A stretch of DNA of 64,000 bases from the human T2T-CHM13v2.0 reference genome, Homo sapiens, in NCBI RefSeq assembly GCF_009914755.1, contig NC_060945.1, one strand, 5' to 3'. A program made the position numbers and the translations under genes. The notes beneath the pieces were generated by a model. It was not told the DNA's origin and searched no databases. It was given only the letters and a program-made list of their open reading frames with translations. Of this stretch, positions 62,810 through 64,000 are shown piece after piece; positions within the stretch are counted from its first letter, which is position 1; the number at the start of each line of letters is the position of its first letter.

Positions 62810-63482
62810 TTTGCCTTAGTTCATTTTGTGTTACTATAATGGAATATCACAAACTAGGTAATTTATAAAGAAAGTAAATTTGCCTGTGCACAGTAGCTCA
62901 TGCCAATAATCCTATAACTTTGGGAAGCCAAAGTGGGAGCATCACTTAAGGCCAGGAGTTCAATGCCAGCCTGGGCAACATAGAGAAACCCTATCTCTAC
63001 AAAAAATAAAAATTGACCAAGTGTGATCATGCTCACCTTTAGTTCTACCTACTTGTTAAGTTGAGGTGGGAGTATCACTTGTGCCCAGGAGTTTATGGCT
63101 GCAGTGAGCTATGATCATGCCACTTCACTCCAGCCTAAGCAACAGAGACTCTGTCACTTGTCTCAAAAAAAAAAAAAAAAAAAAAGTAAGTTTATTTCTC
63201 ACAATTCTGGAGGCTGGGAAGTCCAAAAGCATGGCACTAGCATCTGGCAAGGGCCTGCTTGTGTGTTCTACCATGGCAGAAGGCAGAAGGGCAAGAGAAT
63301 GCTCACAAGGTGCAAACTAAACTCATCCTTCTATCAGGAATCCACTCCCCTGATAAAGGTATTAATCCATTTATGAGGGCAGAGTCTTCACTCATGATCT
63401 TAAAGGTTCCACTTTGCAACACTGTTGCCTTGGGGATTATGTTTCTAACACATGACTTTAGGGGACACATTGAAACCACTGC
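62810..63482 (-). mobile_element. MaLR (MLT1A/MST-type) LTR interrupted by an Alu
   Basis: CTTAGTTCATTTTGTGTTACTATAA...TTTATTTCTCACAATTCTGGAGGCTGGGAAGTCCAA...GGGGACACATTGAAACCA. Confidence 0.7.
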
Positions 63483-64000
63483 ATCCTTTAAGGTAGGAAT
63501 CAATGTCATATTTGTCATATTTCGAACGAAGAAATAAAGGTTTGGAGAGGTTAATTAACTTGCCCAAGATCTCAGAGCTAAAGCCAGGATCATATCTAGG
63601 ACTGACTACAAAGTCCTGTGGTCTCCAGTGCTTGGCAGGTCCAGCTTCACTGATGAGTCTAGAGAGTAGTAACTCTCTTGGTGTAAGAACTAAGGGAGAT
63701 GATACATTAAATCTAAGTGTAAATTAGATTATGCTTAAAGTATAAGTCATATGGTTATTATTAATAGATCCCCAAGTTAGCCTATATGTGAACTTTTCCA
63801 TAGAGAAATGAAGCATGGTTTCAATGCAGCATATTTTAAATGGATTATCTCATACAATGTGTTTTTTGTTTGTTTTATATTGTTTTTGTTGTTTTCTGAG
63901 ACAGAGTCTTACTCTGTTGCCCAGGATGGAGTGCAGTGACATGATCTCAGCTCACTGCAACCTCCAACTCCCGGGTTCAAGTGATCCTCCTGCCTCAGCC

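Overview
Primate (almost certainly human) genomic DNA from the CBR1-CBR3 carbonyl reductase cluster on chr21q22. The only canonical protein-coding gene is CBR3: 3 coding exons on the + strand, 289+108+437 nt = 277 aa, with a CpG-island promoter. This haplotype encodes Tyr4 and Val244. Just upstream, two processed retrocopies sit nested in one old L1 fragment. The MEMO1 retrocopy keeps a full-length 295-aa ORF through compensating frameshifts and carries a GC-rich 5' island. The RPS9 retrocopy is frameshifted and contains an NRF2-type ARE exactly 2698 nt upstream of the CBR3 ATG. Positions ~2-25 kb are a dense pile-up of nested endogenous retroviruses: MER4-type LTRs, MER41, a HUERS-P3/LTR9-like provirus containing LTR8 and a MER11 solo LTR, a two-LTR LTR10F/HERV-IP10FH provirus containing an LTR2-type LTR, and MER50. 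The rest is Alu-rich, with MaLR, L1, L2/MIR and DNA-transposon relics. Nearly all short ORFs in the track are Alu or low-complexity artefacts. I found no evidence of a wholly new gene system. The most interesting signals are retrocopy-derived regulatory parts for CBR3, an apparent Alu-mediated micro-inversion at ~24 kb, and a non-Alu inverted duplication in CBR3 intron 2. Repeat family names come from recalled consensus sequences and need RepeatMasker/Dfam confirmation.
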